A stretch of DNA of 64,000 nt from an uncultured Alphaproteobacteria bacterium. GTDB lineage: Bacteria; Pseudomonadota; Alphaproteobacteria; Rhizobiales; CAWCWK01. The notes beneath the pieces are model-generated. The model was not told the origin of the DNA and ran no database searches. It worked only from the letters and a program-made list of their open reading frames with translations. Within the stretch, counting starts at the first letter, position 1. Each line of letters opens with the position of its first letter. Location of the stretch: positions 270,309 through 334,308 of the forward strand of contig CAWCWK010000004.1 in NCBI GenBank assembly GCA_963799285.1. The letters are read 5' to 3'. Position numbers and translations under genes: made by a program. Positions 61,408 to 64,000 of the stretch are shown in pieces.

Positions 61408-64000
61408 GAGCGCCGTCCTTCGTCGATCTTGACGTGCAATTCCGCCACGAGCCCGGCAGGAAGCCATGTCATCGAGATGTCGCCGTCCATCTGACGCGCG
61501 GAGTAGGTGACGAGCTTGGAGCCGAATCCCGGCGGCGGATCGTCCGCAGCGACGGTCGGGCCGCCGGTCTCCGTCCAGCGGACCATCGCCTCGCCGTCTT
61601 GTCTGGACCAGTCTACCGAGATCCTTCCACTCTCCTTGGAGAGCGCGCCGTACTTGGCCGAGTTCGTTGCCCACTCGTGGAGAATGAGCCCCATGGGCGT
61701 GACCATGTCGACCGGAATCGTCATTCCGGATCCGACGAACTCGATGGCGTGGTCGGCACGGTAAGGCTCCAGAACCGTCTTGATAAGTGCGCCGAGCTCG
61801 GCCTGGGGGAGGCCGCCCACGCTGTCGGTCGCCTGCGTCTGGCCTTGCGTGATCGCGTGGGCCCGCCCCAGCGCATCGATCCGCGCCCGCACGTCGGACA
61901 CGAGCTCCGGCATCGAGGTGGCATTCTTCGCGGCGAGCGACAGGATGGCCGGAATGATGGCGAAGAGGTTCTTCACGCGGTGGTTGATCTCGCGCAGGAG
62001 GAAGTCCTGGCTCTCCTTCGCGTTGCGCTCGGCCGTGATGTCGAAATTCATGCCGGTCATCCGGTCCTGGCCGTTCACGCCGCGCCGCAGCGTGCCGGCC
62101 CCCTGCATCCAGCGCACCCCCTCGCGCCCGTGCACGCGGAATGCCTGGCGGAACGGCGCACCTTCTGAAATCGTCGCGGCGATGCCGGCCTCGACCGCAT
62201 CGCGATCCGCTTCGTCGATCTTCTCCATGAAGCTCTCGACGGTGAACACGTCGTCGGGCCCGAGACCCCACAGCCGCCGCATGGTCTCGTCGACCTTGGT
62301 GATCCGCGTCTTCACGTCGAAGTCCCAAACGCCCATGCCACCGACCTCAAGCGCCAACCGCAACCGGTCCGTCTGGGCGCGCAGCTCGTGTTCCATGGCG
62401 ATCAGGCGGGTGACGTCGGCGAATACGAGCGTCGCGCCTTCGACGCGTTCGTTGGCACGATAGGGCATGATCCGCATCGCATAGGTGCGCAGGCCATCAT
62501 GCGACGTCACGAGGCGCTCCGCCGGCGGCGCGCCCTCAATGATGGCGCGGGCATCGTGGATGATGGCGTCGTCGTTCACCAGGCTCGCGACCTCGGTCAG
62601 CGGCCGGCCGCGATCGCCCTCCTGGAGGGGAAAGACGCCGGCGATGGGCGGCGTGAAGCTCTGCACGGCTGCATCGCGGTCGATGACGACGAGCGCGATC
62701 TCGGTCGACGCCATGAAGTTGTTAATCTCGTCATTGGCGAGGCTGAGTTCGTCGACCTTGCTCTTCAACTCCTCGTTGAGCGTAGAGAGTTCCTCGTTGG
62801 CCGATTGAAGCTCCTCGTTCATCGACATCATCTCTTCGTTCGACGACTTGAGCTCCTCGTTGGCGGTCTCCAACTCCTCGACGGTGGTGTGGAGCCGGAA
62901 GCGGGTATGGCGCAGCTCCTCTTCGAGATCGTGGAAGCGATCGTCCGGCGCGGTGTCGTCTACGAAGTCGTCGGCGACCTCGGCCTGGAAAGCGCCCGCT
63001 TCGACGAAGACGGCGAGGAGCGTTCCGTCCGATAGCGGATCGACGACGAGGTCGATGGCCTGCGAGCCGAACTCGGACCGCACGTCGATACCGCGCGCGG
63101 CTACGCGTTTGCCCTCGCTGACCGCGTGCCGCAGCATCGGCCCGAGCGCCTCGGCCAATCCGGGCCGGGCGAGGGTTACGGCGTGCATCGTCGAATGGCT
63201 GTCGGGGAACTCCAGGAACTTGGAGAGCTTGCCGTTCGTGGAGAGGATGTTGCCGTGATCGTCCAGCACGAGCGACGCATGGGCGTAGCGCTCGAGTATG
63301 CGCTCCGTCGCCGGTGACTTCTCGCCATTATCGGCGAAACTTGTGGGCCGCCGCGTCGTAGGCGCCGGCGTTCGCACACGAAGTCCCACCTTCGTATTCG
63401 CGAAACCGATCGGGTAGGAGGCCTGGCCCACCTTGCGCCTGAAGATGCGCGACACCTGGTCGATGGGCTCGAAGAGTTGCTCGTGGCGACCGATCCCCTC
63501 CGACGGCCCGAGAAACAGCGTGCCGCCCGGTTTGAGGGCGTAATGCATGAGGGGTACGAAGGTCGCTTGGATCTCGTGGCCCATGTAGATCAGCATGTTG
63601 CGGCAGGAGACGAGATCGAGCCGCGAGAATGGCGGGTCCTTGATGACCGAGTGTGCGGAGAACTGCACCATGTCGCGCACGCGCGGTGCGATCTGGAACT
63701 TGCCGTCCATGCCGATGACGTATCGGTCTCGAAAGTCGTCGGGAATGTCCTTCATGGCGGTCAGCGGATAGCGGGCCTCGCGCGCCATGCTGAGCATTCG
63801 CGGATCGATGTCGGTGGCGAAGATCTGGACGACAGGGTGTTTGTCCATCGCGCTGGTGGCCTCGGCGAAGAGCATGGCGACCGTGTAGGCCTCCTCGCCC
63901 GAGGAACAGCCCGGCACCCACACGCGGATCGGCACGCCTGGCATGGAGGCCTCGACGAGCGGCCGGATGGCCTTCTCCTCCAGCAGGCGGAACATCTCCG
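61404..64000 (-). CDS. CheR-methyltransferase / PAS / HWE(HisKA_2)-type histidine kinase hybrid, N-terminus beyond the window
   Basis: The frame is open to nt 64000. The CheR SAM fold is IRVWVPGCSSGEEAYTVAMLF...CRNMLIYM. A coiled-coil ELETANEELKSSNEEMMSMNEELQSANEEL follows, then PAS regions. The kinase core is REINHRVKNLFAII...HEWATNSAKYGAL. Confidence 0.85.
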   Translation of the reverse strand, partial: EMFRLLEEKAIRPLVEASMPGVPIRVWVPGCSSGEEAYTVAMLFAEATSAMDKHPVVQIFATDIDPRMLSMAREARYPLTAMKDIPDDFRDRYVIGMDGKFQIAPRVRDMVQFSAHSVIKDPPFSRLDLVSCRNMLIYMGHEIQATFVPLMHYALKPGGTLFLGPSEGIGRHEQLFEPIDQVSRIFRRKVGQASYPIGFANTKVGLRVRTPAPTTRRPTSFADNGEKSPATERILERYAHASLVLDDHGNILSTNGKLSKFLEFPDSHSTMHAVTLARPGLAEALGPMLRHAVSEGKRVAARGIDVRSEFGSQAIDLVVDPLSDGTLLAVFVEAGAFQAEVADDFVDDTAPDDRFHDLEEELRHTRFRLHTTVEELETANEELKSSNEEMMSMNEELQSANEELSTLNEELKSKVDELSLANDEINNFMASTEIALVVIDRDAAVQSFTPPIAGVFPLQEGDRGRPLTEVASLVNDDAIIHDARAIIEGAPPAERLVTSHDGLRTYAMRIMPYRANERVEGATLVFADVTRLIAMEHELRAQTDRLRLALEVGGMGVWDFDVKTRITKVDETMRRLWGLGPDDVFTVESFMEKIDEADRDAVEAGIAATISEGAPFRQAFRVHGREGVRWMQGAGTLRRGVNGQDRMTGMNFDITAERNAKESQDFLLREINHRVKNLFAIIPAILSLAAKNATSMPELVSDVRARIDALGRAHAITQGQTQATDSVGGLPQAELGALIKTVLEPYRADHAIEFVGSGMTIPVDMVTPMGLILHEWATNSAKYGALSKESGRISVDWSRQDGEAMVRWTETGGPTVAADDPPPGFGSKLVTYSARQMDGDISMTWLPAGLVAELHVKIDEGRRS

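Noticed and set aside
1-64000. I scanned for CRISPR arrays, rRNA/tRNA genes, integrase genes, toxin-antitoxin pairs and known defence-system signatures.
   Set aside because: I saw no regularly spaced direct repeats, no rRNA-like or cloverleaf-forming segments, and no nuclease/ATPase/NTPase gene combinations typical of defence islands. The only mobile-element traces are the two decayed transposase fragments.

Overview
The window is high-GC DNA of roughly 65-70% GC by eye. Gene content (HWE-type histidine kinase, RTX modules, Liv/Pot/TRAP transporters) suggests an alphaproteobacterium of the Hyphomicrobiales/Rhizobiales type. I found no rRNA, tRNA or CRISPR array. About 55 protein-coding genes are supported. 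Most long antisense ORFs in the track are high-GC artefacts.

Layout:
- (a) 1-8.8 kb: two Sel1-repeat proteins, then an AlgE-type mannuronan C5-epimerase-like beta-helix/RTX protein and a PL7 alginate lyase/RTX protein. The two RTX genes are separated by an IS630 transposase fragment and an AT-rich island.
- (b) 9.3-22 kb: an accessory cluster with two PuuE-type ring amidohydrolase homologues, an ATZ/TRZ-type amidohydrolase, two SIS proteins, two PfkB kinases, a PotABCD-type ABC transporter (its binding-protein gene carries an in-frame TAG) and a BtpA/SgcQ protein. It ends at an IS66 transposase fragment.
- (c) 22.4-29.4 kb: pncA, an internally deleted gcdH, fpr, and a Liv-type ABC transporter operon whose livM has two frameshifts.
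- (d) 29.4-31.7 kb: a divergent pair of a polytopic membrane protein and a PCuAC-like periplasmic protein.
- (e) 31.7-41.3 kb: a reductive nicotinate-degradation cluster. It holds a molybdenum hydroxylase, a 6-hydroxynicotinate reductase-like gene, enamidase and MarR, with four uncharacterised co-operonic genes (UPF0280, 2x AA_synth/DUF1185, ABM).
- (f) 41.6-55.4 kb: a GntR-headed operon with an ABC transporter, a Cys-less hydantoin-racemase homologue, a D-hydantoinase/imidase, a one-Cys arylmalonate-decarboxylase-like protein, a TRAP transporter and an amidase. A convergent hydratase and a second Cys-less racemase homologue follow.
- (g) 55.9-64 kb: a phospholipase D/patatin pair, an AI-2E transporter, a HAD hydrolase, a single-domain response regulator and a CheR-PAS-HWE kinase that runs off the window.

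Best candidate for an undescribed system: the nicotinate cluster together with a shared TCGTT-N8-AACGA operator. That operator appears to tie enamidase, the hydroxylase operon, fpr-gcdH' and the Liv-type transporter into one regulon.

All functional calls rest on my reading of the translated ORFs. No database search was run.
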